Assembly: GCA_965277585.1 (NCBI GenBank)
Contig: OZ255828.1
Coordinates: 1,653,865 to 1,717,864 of the forward strand
Direction of reading: 5' to 3'
DNA: 64,000 nt
Origin: Roseivirga sp.
GTDB lineage: Bacteria > Bacteroidota > Bacteroidia > Cytophagales > Cyclobacteriaceae
The notes beneath the pieces were generated by a model. The model had not been told where the DNA came from and did no database searches. It was given only the letters and a program-made list of their open reading frames with translations. Shown in pieces: positions 10,501 to 17,724 of the stretch. The stretch's first letter is position 1; each line of letters begins with the position of its first letter. Made by a program: the position numbers and the translations under genes.

Positions 10501-10816
10501 ATCATGGTACAGAACAGGTATTGGCGGGGGCTTTGGTGATAACCAGGCTTACAACTTCGCAGTGTATGATGCCACCTTTACCAGGCTGAGAGAACTCTCT
10601 TTAGGATATACCTTCGATTCTCCTTCATTCAGAGAAAAGACCAAACTGAGCTCTATCATTGTGACAGCTACGGGTAGAAACCTCTTCCTCTGGGATGGTA
10701 TTCCTGGTATTGACCCTGAAGTAAATCAGACAGGTGTTGGTAATGGTTTGGGACTGGAATACTTCACCAACCCCAGCACAAGGTCATATGTACTTTCTGT
10801 ACTTGTTAATTTCTAA
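7577..10816 (+). CDS. susC: SusC/RagA family TonB-linked outer membrane transporter
   Basis: The 1079-aa ORF has an N-terminal signal, a carboxypeptidase-regulatory-like domain (QQTVTGVIRDANGE), a TonB plug (LEEVVVTALG) and a C-terminal beta-barrel ending in an aromatic residue. Confidence 0.9.
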   Translation: MMKNLRIKILMLLLLSGSGLFAQQTVTGVIRDANGETMVGVSVREKNTTNGAISQGDGSYSVTVANSSAVLVFTFIGYQAVERTVGNQTVINITMQEDATLLEEVVVTALGLTQRKDELGSTASTVKAADVTRSGEATLLNSLGAKASNVQINRSNGDPGAGSTIKIRGANSITGTSSPLIIVDGIPISNNTQYGGGNNATGGRTGGVSQQSRINDINPNDIESVQILKGASAAALWGSRAANGVIVITTKNGQAGKPKISYKFTTSFDEVNQRYELQNVWGQGRSGAYNPTRAEAWGDYIPDRNGGADEVDPNGGVFIAQDGTEYRPILTKNSRGTFVDENWDAVFQTGGFQQHDLTISSGNEKSSYFFSLSRLDQEGIIKESNYDRTNVRLNNRTFFNDWLSMESKGSFTRTFSNRIQQSSNTAGLLLGLLRTPPDFDSRDYLGTYVSASGESFPLRHRSYRRYLGNATNPIYNNPLWTVYEQDATSTVNRYLFSASIDIEPVDFLSVKLRGGLDGYDDKRTYFFPIGSAGSRANGQFAEDVLGRQEINFDAIVTGRFSLTDDIGLNATVGWNLNDRKLRGNSTDIVGFLVNARKPTTDLNTAAENSTISNSNTKIKSNRGYAQLNFDLFDQLYVNVSGAIEASSTVKGNFTYPATDVAWQFTKLPSFGNSTILSFGKLRASWGRVGVAAPAHRFQTLAEGGFSYSTYSDPLDIALFGGGFRLDDDKGNPLLEPEIKEEWEIGADLRFFEDRLNLTFTYYNNSITGIIIPVDLTPSSGFDTQILNAASMENKGFEMDFGYDVLSDGNWNVNFYGNWATNENLVTDLRGTETIDLSGGSVSSRAIVGQPLGVLYGTGSQTNANGEFILDANGFPQLTPSPIVLGDPNPDWRGGLGAEVTWKKFRLNVLVEHSEGGTFSPRSLWVLNRFGTTLETANRFVTTEALTNYAGDVIPAGTTVRGNVRDFGAGNVLLDESWYRTGIGGGFGDNQAYNFAVYDATFTRLRELSLGYTFDSPSFREKTKLSSIIVTATGRNLFLWDGIPGIDPEVNQTGVGNGLGLEYFTNPSTRSYVLSVLVNF

Positions 10817-12258
10817 TGAAAACATCTCAAAAAATGAAAGTCATGAAAAAATACTTATACGCGCTTATCGCAGGCCTTTTCCTGATCTCCTCATGCCAGG
10901 ACATTTTGGAAGATGTAAACGATAACCCCAATCAGATTACTCCTGAGGAAATTGAAGCCAGATTGTTCCTGACAGGAGCCCTGTTGGCCAACACCAGTGG
11001 TCAGGCAGGACACCTGAACAGAATCTCAGGTATGTATAGTGGACAGTTGGTGGGAATTACTTCGCTTTATTCCAATATCTACGGTTATTCCTTGTCTACG
11101 GCAGAATCAGTAGGCACCTGGAGTCGCTTCTACATTGGTGTAGTTCCCAATCTGAGGTTTATCAGAGAGCGATTACCAGATGATAACCTGATGCAGGGTA
11201 TAACGAAGGTTGTAGAAGCCCATGCCATTGGTACTGCTGCTTCACTCTTCGGTGATGTACCTTATTCTGAAATAGCAGGGGATATCGAAGACCCGGCTTT
11301 TGATGGACAGGTAACCGTGCTCAATGCTATGATTGCGCTGCTGGACGATGCCATCTCTGATTTGAGTGCTGCCCCCAACGCTTCTATAAGCGAGGACATT
11401 TACTTCGGAGGAGACGGTGCTAAATGGCTGGCAGCTGCCAACACTCTCCAGGCACGCTATTACATGCTCATGAAAAACTATCCGGCCGCCTTGCAGGCAG
11501 CTCAGAATGGTATTGCTGATGCGTCAGGTAATATGCAACACATCCCCCGGGGTGACCCAAGCGTAGCATCAGGAGACAAAAATCTGTTTTGGGAGATCCT
11601 GGCAGGTGCCAGAACGGGTGATATCGGTACAGCCGACAGCTACATGATCCAGTTACTGGATAACAGTACCGCTGTCTACCGAGGCAATGCCAAAACAGAT
11701 GAAACTGCCAGACTCGGCTACTATACCATCGATGAAACTTCGGCTGACAATAACCTGGGAATCATTGAGCAGTTCGAGCCACAAAACCTGGTTACCTACC
11801 AGGAGAACAAACTCACTTTGGCGGAAGCCACTATCAGGGGAGGAAACTTTGCCGGTGCGCTACAACACCTGAACGAATACAGAGCCTGGCTCAACGGTGG
11901 TGGCGGACTCAATGCCAACTTCAGCGGTATGACGCATCAATACGATGCCTATGTAGCAGCTGATTTTGACAACGGGGGCATGGAAAACGCAGATGGTATT
12001 TCTGCTTCTGATGCCCTGCTGAGGGAAATCATTGAAGAGCGATATATCTCAGGATTTGGTACCTTTATGCCTTACGATGATGCCAGAAGAATCAGAGTAT
12101 CTGACCCGTCTTTGGGAGTGCCATTTCCTTTCAACACCAATACCGCTACTCAGCACCCTGAAAGGATGCCTTACTCAGATGACGAGTTGAATACCAATTC
12201 CAATGCTCCGGCTGAGGACCCTGGTATCTTCACAAAAACTGAAGTAAACAGAAACTAG
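10816..12258 (+). CDS. susD: SusD/RagB family nutrient-binding outer membrane lipoprotein
   Basis: Immediately follows susC with a 1-nt overlap. Lipoprotein signal LFLISSCQD. The 480-aa length and TPR-like composition fit SusD. Confidence 0.85.
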   Translation: MKTSQKMKVMKKYLYALIAGLFLISSCQDILEDVNDNPNQITPEEIEARLFLTGALLANTSGQAGHLNRISGMYSGQLVGITSLYSNIYGYSLSTAESVGTWSRFYIGVVPNLRFIRERLPDDNLMQGITKVVEAHAIGTAASLFGDVPYSEIAGDIEDPAFDGQVTVLNAMIALLDDAISDLSAAPNASISEDIYFGGDGAKWLAAANTLQARYYMLMKNYPAALQAAQNGIADASGNMQHIPRGDPSVASGDKNLFWEILAGARTGDIGTADSYMIQLLDNSTAVYRGNAKTDETARLGYYTIDETSADNNLGIIEQFEPQNLVTYQENKLTLAEATIRGGNFAGALQHLNEYRAWLNGGGGLNANFSGMTHQYDAYVAADFDNGGMENADGISASDALLREIIEERYISGFGTFMPYDDARRIRVSDPSLGVPFPFNTNTATQHPERMPYSDDELNTNSNAPAEDPGIFTKTEVNRN

Positions 12259-12280
12259 TATTTAATTCATTCAGGCTTAA

Positions 12281-13054
12281 ATGCTTAAACATATCATACA
12301 AAAGGGTTACCGGAATCTGATTCTGGTAGCCCTCTTTTTTCCTCTTTCCGCCCTTGCCCAGCAAGCCGATACACTGGATATCCTCTTTGTGGGCAACAGT
12401 TATACCTATTTCTGGAATTTACCGCAGCATGTCAACCTTATGGCTGCATCACAGGGACGCAGTTTTGCCAGCAGACAATCCACTGCAGGGGGCAGCAACT
12501 GGGAACATCATTTACAAGGAGAACGAGACCTCAGGTCGGTTGAGCTGATCAGGCAGGAGGGCTGGGAATATGTGGTACTTCAGAACCACAGTATGAGCAC
12601 CCTCAACCGGCTCGCAGAGTTCAGAAAGAACGGTAAGACACTTATCAGCATGATCAGAAAGGCGGGTGCTGAACCAGTGTTATATATGACCTGGGCGCGC
12701 GAGTTCAATCCGCTTATGCAAGACCCCATCACCTCAGGATATCTATCCCTCGCCAAAGCCGAACGCGTCTCTGTAGTACCTGTGGGCCTCGTCTGGGCTA
12801 AAGTACGAGCACTCCGTCCGGACCTTAAACTTTTTGACCCGGATGGCAGTCACCCCTCTCCTGTCGGAACATACCTCAATGCATTGATCTTTTACCGGTT
12901 CTTCTCCGGAGCAGCTACTGCCGAAATTCCCAACCGACTCCAGACCACGGATAAAGATGGCGAGAAGACCTACCTGAACTTCCTCACTCAAAACGATGCA
13001 GACTTTCTGCAGCAGGTGGTAGACCTGTTCGACTTTTCGGCCTACAAATTCTGA
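12281..13054 (+). CDS. SGNH/GDSL hydrolase family protein, secreted
   Basis: LFVGNSYTY block-I Ser motif and DPDGSHPS block-V Asp/His motif, plus a signal peptide. Confidence 0.65.
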   Translation: MLKHIIQKGYRNLILVALFFPLSALAQQADTLDILFVGNSYTYFWNLPQHVNLMAASQGRSFASRQSTAGGSNWEHHLQGERDLRSVELIRQEGWEYVVLQNHSMSTLNRLAEFRKNGKTLISMIRKAGAEPVLYMTWAREFNPLMQDPITSGYLSLAKAERVSVVPVGLVWAKVRALRPDLKLFDPDGSHPSPVGTYLNALIFYRFFSGAATAEIPNRLQTTDKDGEKTYLNFLTQNDADFLQQVVDLFDFSAYKF

Positions 13055-13106
13055 CAGCTGAGTCTGAAATTCCTGACCGACTGATAATTCGCCTGATCGG
13101 AAATCT

Positions 13107-13138
13107 GTCTGCTTCGCAGATCATGCCTGGAAGCAGAC
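13107..13138 (+). terminator. Hairpin downstream of the SGNH gene (candidate terminator)
   Basis: GTCTGCTTC-14 nt-GAAGCAGAC 9-bp stem followed by ACTATTTGT. Confidence 0.3.
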
Positions 13139-13240
13139 ACTATTTGTAGACAAATTGTTGACCGGTCAAAATGTCGTCCCGGGTTTGATAGTAATGTAGG
13201 GTCAAATCCACCTACTTTATATAGCTAAAGCACCTCCCGT

Positions 13241-14053
13241 ATGAGAAAATACGTTGAACCCTTTGTGATGATCGGTCTGGCATTGATACTGGGACTTACC
13301 TTCAAACCTGAAGAAAAGCCAGCAGGCCATGACCCTGGTGCTTTCGAAAACGAGATTCCATACTGGCCACTTGATGTAGAAAAATTAAAGGGTGACACGG
13401 TCATTCACGTGCCTTTTGACCCCTATTTTAAAACTGCCAAGACCTACAAGGCTTTTCCTCTGGCCGCCAACCTCAGGGCTTTTCTTGGTTCCGGTGCAAT
13501 CGATACGTCACTGGATGTAATTTTTGAATGTACCGATGGATACCGGCCTCATATGCCTCTGGAGAAAGTACTCCGGGGCAATGGCTATCTCGCGTACCGG
13601 GATCTGGAAGCCCCTGAAGGCAAACAGTGGCATGATAGTGTGGCGCAAACCATGCCTCCCTTTTATTTAATCTGGCCGGACGCTGCGACAGAAAGTAAAG
13701 ATTATGTAAGACCCTACGCTCTGAAAGGGGTTGAATTTAAAAAGGCAGAGGAAGAGTTTGCTGCCGCCATTCCCCGGGCAAAAGAACATATGGAAGGCTA
13801 TCAGCTCTTTAGCAGCACCTGTATGAAGTGCCATTCCATCAACAAAGCCGGAGGAGCTAAGGCCCCCGAGCTCAATTATCCCAAGAATATTACAGAATAC
13901 TGGACCAAGGAGAATATCTGGAACTTTATTCAAAACCCGGCTTCCTTTCGCTTCAACAGCAAAATGCCTCCCATGTCTGGTATAGACCGGGCCGCTTTCG
14001 AGAAGATATATGCCTACCTGGAAAGCATGAAAGACCAAAAACTGACTGAGTAG
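13241..14053 (+). CDS. c-type cytochrome (single CXXCH heme motif), membrane-anchored/secreted
   Basis: CMKCH heme-binding motif; N-terminal hydrophobic segment; SKMPPMSGI Met-ligand-like region. Confidence 0.7.
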   Translation: MRKYVEPFVMIGLALILGLTFKPEEKPAGHDPGAFENEIPYWPLDVEKLKGDTVIHVPFDPYFKTAKTYKAFPLAANLRAFLGSGAIDTSLDVIFECTDGYRPHMPLEKVLRGNGYLAYRDLEAPEGKQWHDSVAQTMPPFYLIWPDAATESKDYVRPYALKGVEFKKAEEEFAAAIPRAKEHMEGYQLFSSTCMKCHSINKAGGAKAPELNYPKNITEYWTKENIWNFIQNPASFRFNSKMPPMSGIDRAAFEKIYAYLESMKDQKLTE

Positions 14054-14056
14054 AAG

Positions 14057-14791
14057 TCAGAATACCACAGCTGAAGACACAAACTGAAAGGCATTCTTAT
14101 AGGTCTTGCCTATCGGAATCATCCTTTGGCCTGTCAACTCAATATGTTGTTTTGTCTTGGCCACCACAAAAGACCGGTTGACCACATATGACCGGTGAAT
14201 TTGTACAAAGTCACCCCCCAACAGCTTGGCCAGCTTCCTCAGTGAGCCCAGGGCCATAAACTTACCTTTTCGGGTATAGTATTTAACGTACTCTCCATCC
14301 GACTCAATATAGAGTATATCCGTGGTGGCAAGCTTGTGCTCATTTCCTCCCGACTTGATCAATATAGCCGGCCCCATCTGTTCCTGTGCCATTGCCTGTA
14401 CCTGTCTTTCCTGCTCATGTGCCAAATGCACCAACACGCGTTGGAGCGCTAACTGTAAACGACTCTCATTCAGGGGTTTGATCAGACAGTCGAAAACATC
14501 GACATTGCTCACCGGCACCTCATAGTTGAGATCTGCACTCAGCAGAATGAGTAAGCTTCCGGGGCTGCTGACCTTTAGCTGCTTTACTTCGCTCATAGGC
14601 ACCTGATCTGCATTAACAAAAACCAGATCGATGCTGATAACACTCAGCACAGAGCTCGCCTGTCGCAAGGTTCTGCAACACCTCACCAGTTCCACCGAAG
14701 CGGATTGTTGAATATGACACTGAATATCAAGGGCGGCTCCCTGATCCTCTTCAATAATCAGGCAGTTTAATTTTCGTCTTAGCTGGTCCAT
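14057..14791 (-). CDS. LytTR family response regulator (receiver + LytTR DNA-binding domain)
   Basis: C-terminal LytTR motif (HRSYVVNRSFVVAKTKQHIELTGQRMIPIGKTYKN). N-terminal receiver-like domain (LNCLIIEED). The start is placed at internal Met 14791. Confidence 0.75.
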   Translation of the reverse strand: MDQLRRKLNCLIIEEDQGAALDIQCHIQQSASVELVRCCRTLRQASSVLSVISIDLVFVNADQVPMSEVKQLKVSSPGSLLILLSADLNYEVPVSNVDVFDCLIKPLNESRLQLALQRVLVHLAHEQERQVQAMAQEQMGPAILIKSGGNEHKLATTDILYIESDGEYVKYYTRKGKFMALGSLRKLAKLLGGDFVQIHRSYVVNRSFVVAKTKQHIELTGQRMIPIGKTYKNAFQFVSSAVVF

Positions 14792-14896
14792 CGGTCTGTC
14801 GGTTAAGTTTAAAACTATACTCAACTGACAATCCAAACTTTGAATTGGTAAGTCTCCTTAACAAGCTTTAACGATTTTAACCTTCCTTAACAAGCT

Positions 14897-15406
14897 CTAT
14901 TTCACCCTCTTATAACTCACTTTCCATTCAGGTCTCCAGGTCTTACCTCCATCATAAGACGCCTCCCACAGGTACTCAAAGCTGTCAGGAGTAATCTCGT
15001 AAAAGGTTTCCCTGCGCATTCCCTGCCGGGTTTCGGCCGGGTCAGATTTGAGTATTACTCTATCTCCCTCCCTGTTGCCATAAAAAGTGTAGTCTCCCCA
15101 GGTCTCATCGTGAATCACATGTTTCCAGCGTTTCTCTCTGCCAATATAATTGAGGTAGCCTCGCTGAAAATTATCGATCCCATTCCCCTTCTTTTTAGTA
15201 AAAACCTCTTCAATCAGCCTTCCTCCCAGGAGCAGTGATACAGAATCTACCCCGGTAACCTCATTCCACTTCGGGGCTACACTCATGGTAGTATTCCAGG
15301 TACCAATCCAGAAATCAAAAGTATCGGGAACCGGTGGGCGCTGCTGTGCTGACAGAGTTGATGACAAGATGGTGACACAACACAGCGTAACTAAAATCCG
15401 AATCAT
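14897..15406 (-). CDS. hypothetical secreted protein (possible DUF1579-like beta-barrel)
   Basis: Signal peptide MIRILVTLCCVTILSSTLSAQQ. No recognisable catalytic motif. The start is at internal Met 15406. Confidence 0.45.
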   Translation of the reverse strand: MIRILVTLCCVTILSSTLSAQQRPPVPDTFDFWIGTWNTTMSVAPKWNEVTGVDSVSLLLGGRLIEEVFTKKKGNGIDNFQRGYLNYIGREKRWKHVIHDETWGDYTFYGNREGDRVILKSDPAETRQGMRRETFYEITPDSFEYLWEASYDGGKTWRPEWKVSYKRVK

Positions 15407-15617
15407 AATTTTGAGTTTTTGATTTGTGTAAATGATCCGAATATAGATCACAGAACCAGCTGAAACCGGTCTGTGTCATCTGTTTAAGCTTAAAAAGACC
15501 TTGAACAAAGCGATATATACCCATCTCATTTCGGTCATTAAGGATATTTGGAAGTCAGAAGACAGAAGTGTTAATTCGTTTGGCTCTCTGGCCTGACCCA
15601 AACCCGAAACCTGTTAT

Positions 15618-16685
15618 ATGAGTAATTACCTTATTGTTCTGCTTTACTCTGCAGGCATTGTTCAGACGCTGATTCTCGGAGCCGTCATTGTCAAAAAGAG
15701 AAAGCTTGGCAAAGCCCCCGATCGCATCCTCCTCGGGCTGCTACTCACTATTCTCCTGGTCCTGGTACAGTATACGTTGATCCTTACCGGGAACTGGAGG
15801 GCCAACAGACTGATGGGAGAACTGGGGACTGCCAGTTGGTTTGCTTTGGGGCCTTTATTCTACCTGTATACCCTGAGCCGGAAACCCGGCTTTGCACTAC
15901 ACACATGGCACCTCTTACTGTTCCTGATTCCCCTGTATAACCTGCTACAATATACGGTAAGCCTTTTCTACCCGGGGCTTGGCTTTTATCTGCTTTTCAA
16001 CAATGCCGTGGTTTACTCCTATGCCTGGCTGATGGCCTACATGGTGCATACATTACTCTTTGTTTTATTCAGCGTAATTTCCATCAGAAAGAGTACAACA
16101 AAGGACCATAAGTCTCTGCTAAGGTTTCTTCAGCTTTGGCTCGCTGTCCTCATCCTGTTGAGCATTTATCTGCTGTTAAAAGCTAACAGCCTTACTTACT
16201 TTTACCAGCTTGAACGCTACCTGGTCATAATTTTTAACATTTTCGTGCATATACTCACCTTCAGGTCACTGCTCGCCTCCAGGGCTTTTGACACAGAAAA
16301 GACTGAGCCTAAATACTCTAATTCCGGACTATCGCGGGAAGAACTGGCCCGGCTGTATGAAAAGCTTGAAAGCACCATGAAACAAGAGAAGCCTTATATG
16401 GATCGCAAACTCAACCTCACAGGCCTGGCTCGGGTTTCTGAAATCAGAGAAAACCAGCTCTCACAGGTATTCAGTCAGTACCTCAACTCGAGTTTCTATG
16501 ACTTTGTAAGTCAATACCGGCTCAGGGAAGTTGAAGAGCGACTCAAAGATCCAAAGTATGCCCACCTCAAGATTATCTCTCTGGCCGAAGACTGTGGATT
16601 TAACTCAAAAGCCGCTTTCTATAAGACTTTCAGAGAAAAGCATGCACAAACGCCTACACAATACCTGAAGTCCCTGAAACCCTAA
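15618..16685 (+). CDS. membrane-anchored AraC family transcriptional regulator (multi-TM N-terminal domain + C-terminal HTH)
   Basis: About six hydrophobic helices in the first 220 aa, then an AraC HTH (KIISLAEDCGFNSKAAFYKTFREKHAQTPTQYL). Confidence 0.8.
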   Translation: MSNYLIVLLYSAGIVQTLILGAVIVKKRKLGKAPDRILLGLLLTILLVLVQYTLILTGNWRANRLMGELGTASWFALGPLFYLYTLSRKPGFALHTWHLLLFLIPLYNLLQYTVSLFYPGLGFYLLFNNAVVYSYAWLMAYMVHTLLFVLFSVISIRKSTTKDHKSLLRFLQLWLAVLILLSIYLLLKANSLTYFYQLERYLVIIFNIFVHILTFRSLLASRAFDTEKTEPKYSNSGLSREELARLYEKLESTMKQEKPYMDRKLNLTGLARVSEIRENQLSQVFSQYLNSSFYDFVSQYRLREVEERLKDPKYAHLKIISLAEDCGFNSKAAFYKTFREKHAQTPTQYLKSLKP

Positions 16686-16690
16686 CCCTG

Positions 16691-17074
16691 TTATTTTTGC
16701 TCTCGCCTCAGCAGGGAAATCTGATATTCCAGTCTTTTTATTTCCCTAATGGTAGCGTTTTTATCCATCTGATTCCAGCCCCATAGTTTGAGCATAACCA
16801 TGACGAGAAAACAAGCGATGGTATAGAACATCCACTCCAGCTTATCACCGATTACATCCGTTTCCAGCATATGCATAAATGTCCATACGGCCACCCCTAA
16901 AAAAATCATATGCATGCCAAAAACTACCCAGTTCATCCAGCTATTCTTGCCTTTTAGCAGCCCAAACAGCTGTTCCGGGATGTTCTGCTGCCCCATTTGA
17001 TCAAAGTACGCAGCTTCTTCTTTCGTCAATGCCTGCTGGATCAACTCATCGATTTCTTGGTCTGATTTATTCAT
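16691..17074 (-). CDS. small two-TM membrane protein, putative cognate anti-sigma factor
   Basis: Overlaps the stop of the ECF sigma gene by 8 nt. Two predicted TM helices (WMNWVVFGMHMIFLGVAVWTF; FYTIACFLVMVMLKLWGW). Confidence 0.5.
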   Translation of the reverse strand: MNKSDQEIDELIQQALTKEEAAYFDQMGQQNIPEQLFGLLKGKNSWMNWVVFGMHMIFLGVAVWTFMHMLETDVIGDKLEWMFYTIACFLVMVMLKLWGWNQMDKNATIREIKRLEYQISLLRREQK

Positions 17075-17630
17075 GATTTCTGTTTTTTAGTTTCTTTTTT
17101 AATTGCTCCCTGGCATAGTAAAGCCGGGATTTCACAGTACCCTGAGGAAGGTTCAACACTTTTGACAAGACTTTCACCGGTACCTTTTCCAGATAAAACA
17201 GCCTGAGAATTCTCTGGTGGTCTTCTGGCAGCTCTTTAATAGCCAGCAGCATGCTGTCTACCGGATCAACGGCAGGCGTTGTTTCTTCTTCAGCGGCTAC
17301 TACCTCATGACGTGCCTCCTCGAGACTGCTTCGCTTGCGCTGCTCTTTTCTTATCCAGTCAGCAGACCTGCGCTGTACTATCCTGTAGACCCAAAACCTA
17401 AACAGAGCCGGGTCTTTTAATTTACCGATGCCTTTGTGGATAGAAACCCAGCTCTCCTGGGCTATTTCCCTCGCAACATCAGGATCGTTGATAAAACCAA
17501 ATGACCATTTGAGTATGCGTGGCTGCCATCGCTTCCAAAGCAAATCGTAGGCTTTCTGGTCCTGATCCTGGCATTTGATCACCAGTAATTCGTCAAAAAT
17601 CTGATCGGAATTCCGTTCCATCGTACACAC
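17067..17630 (-). CDS. ECF-type RNA polymerase sigma-70 factor
   Basis: Region 2 (WQPRILKWSFGFINDPDVAREIAQESWVSIHKGI) and region 4 (LPEDHQRILRLFYLEKVPVKVLSKVLNLPQGTVKSRLYYAREQL). Confidence 0.85.
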   Translation of the reverse strand: MCTMERNSDQIFDELLVIKCQDQDQKAYDLLWKRWQPRILKWSFGFINDPDVAREIAQESWVSIHKGIGKLKDPALFRFWVYRIVQRRSADWIRKEQRKRSSLEEARHEVVAAEEETTPAVDPVDSMLLAIKELPEDHQRILRLFYLEKVPVKVLSKVLNLPQGTVKSRLYYAREQLKKKLKNRNHE

Positions 17631-17724
17631 AAGAGTCTCGCCTGTGAGCCCCTGGTTCGATAATCTGCAAAAAATACTTCAGACAAGCATTCTGGTCAGG
17701 CCTTGTCCGAACTGTAAAACGGTG

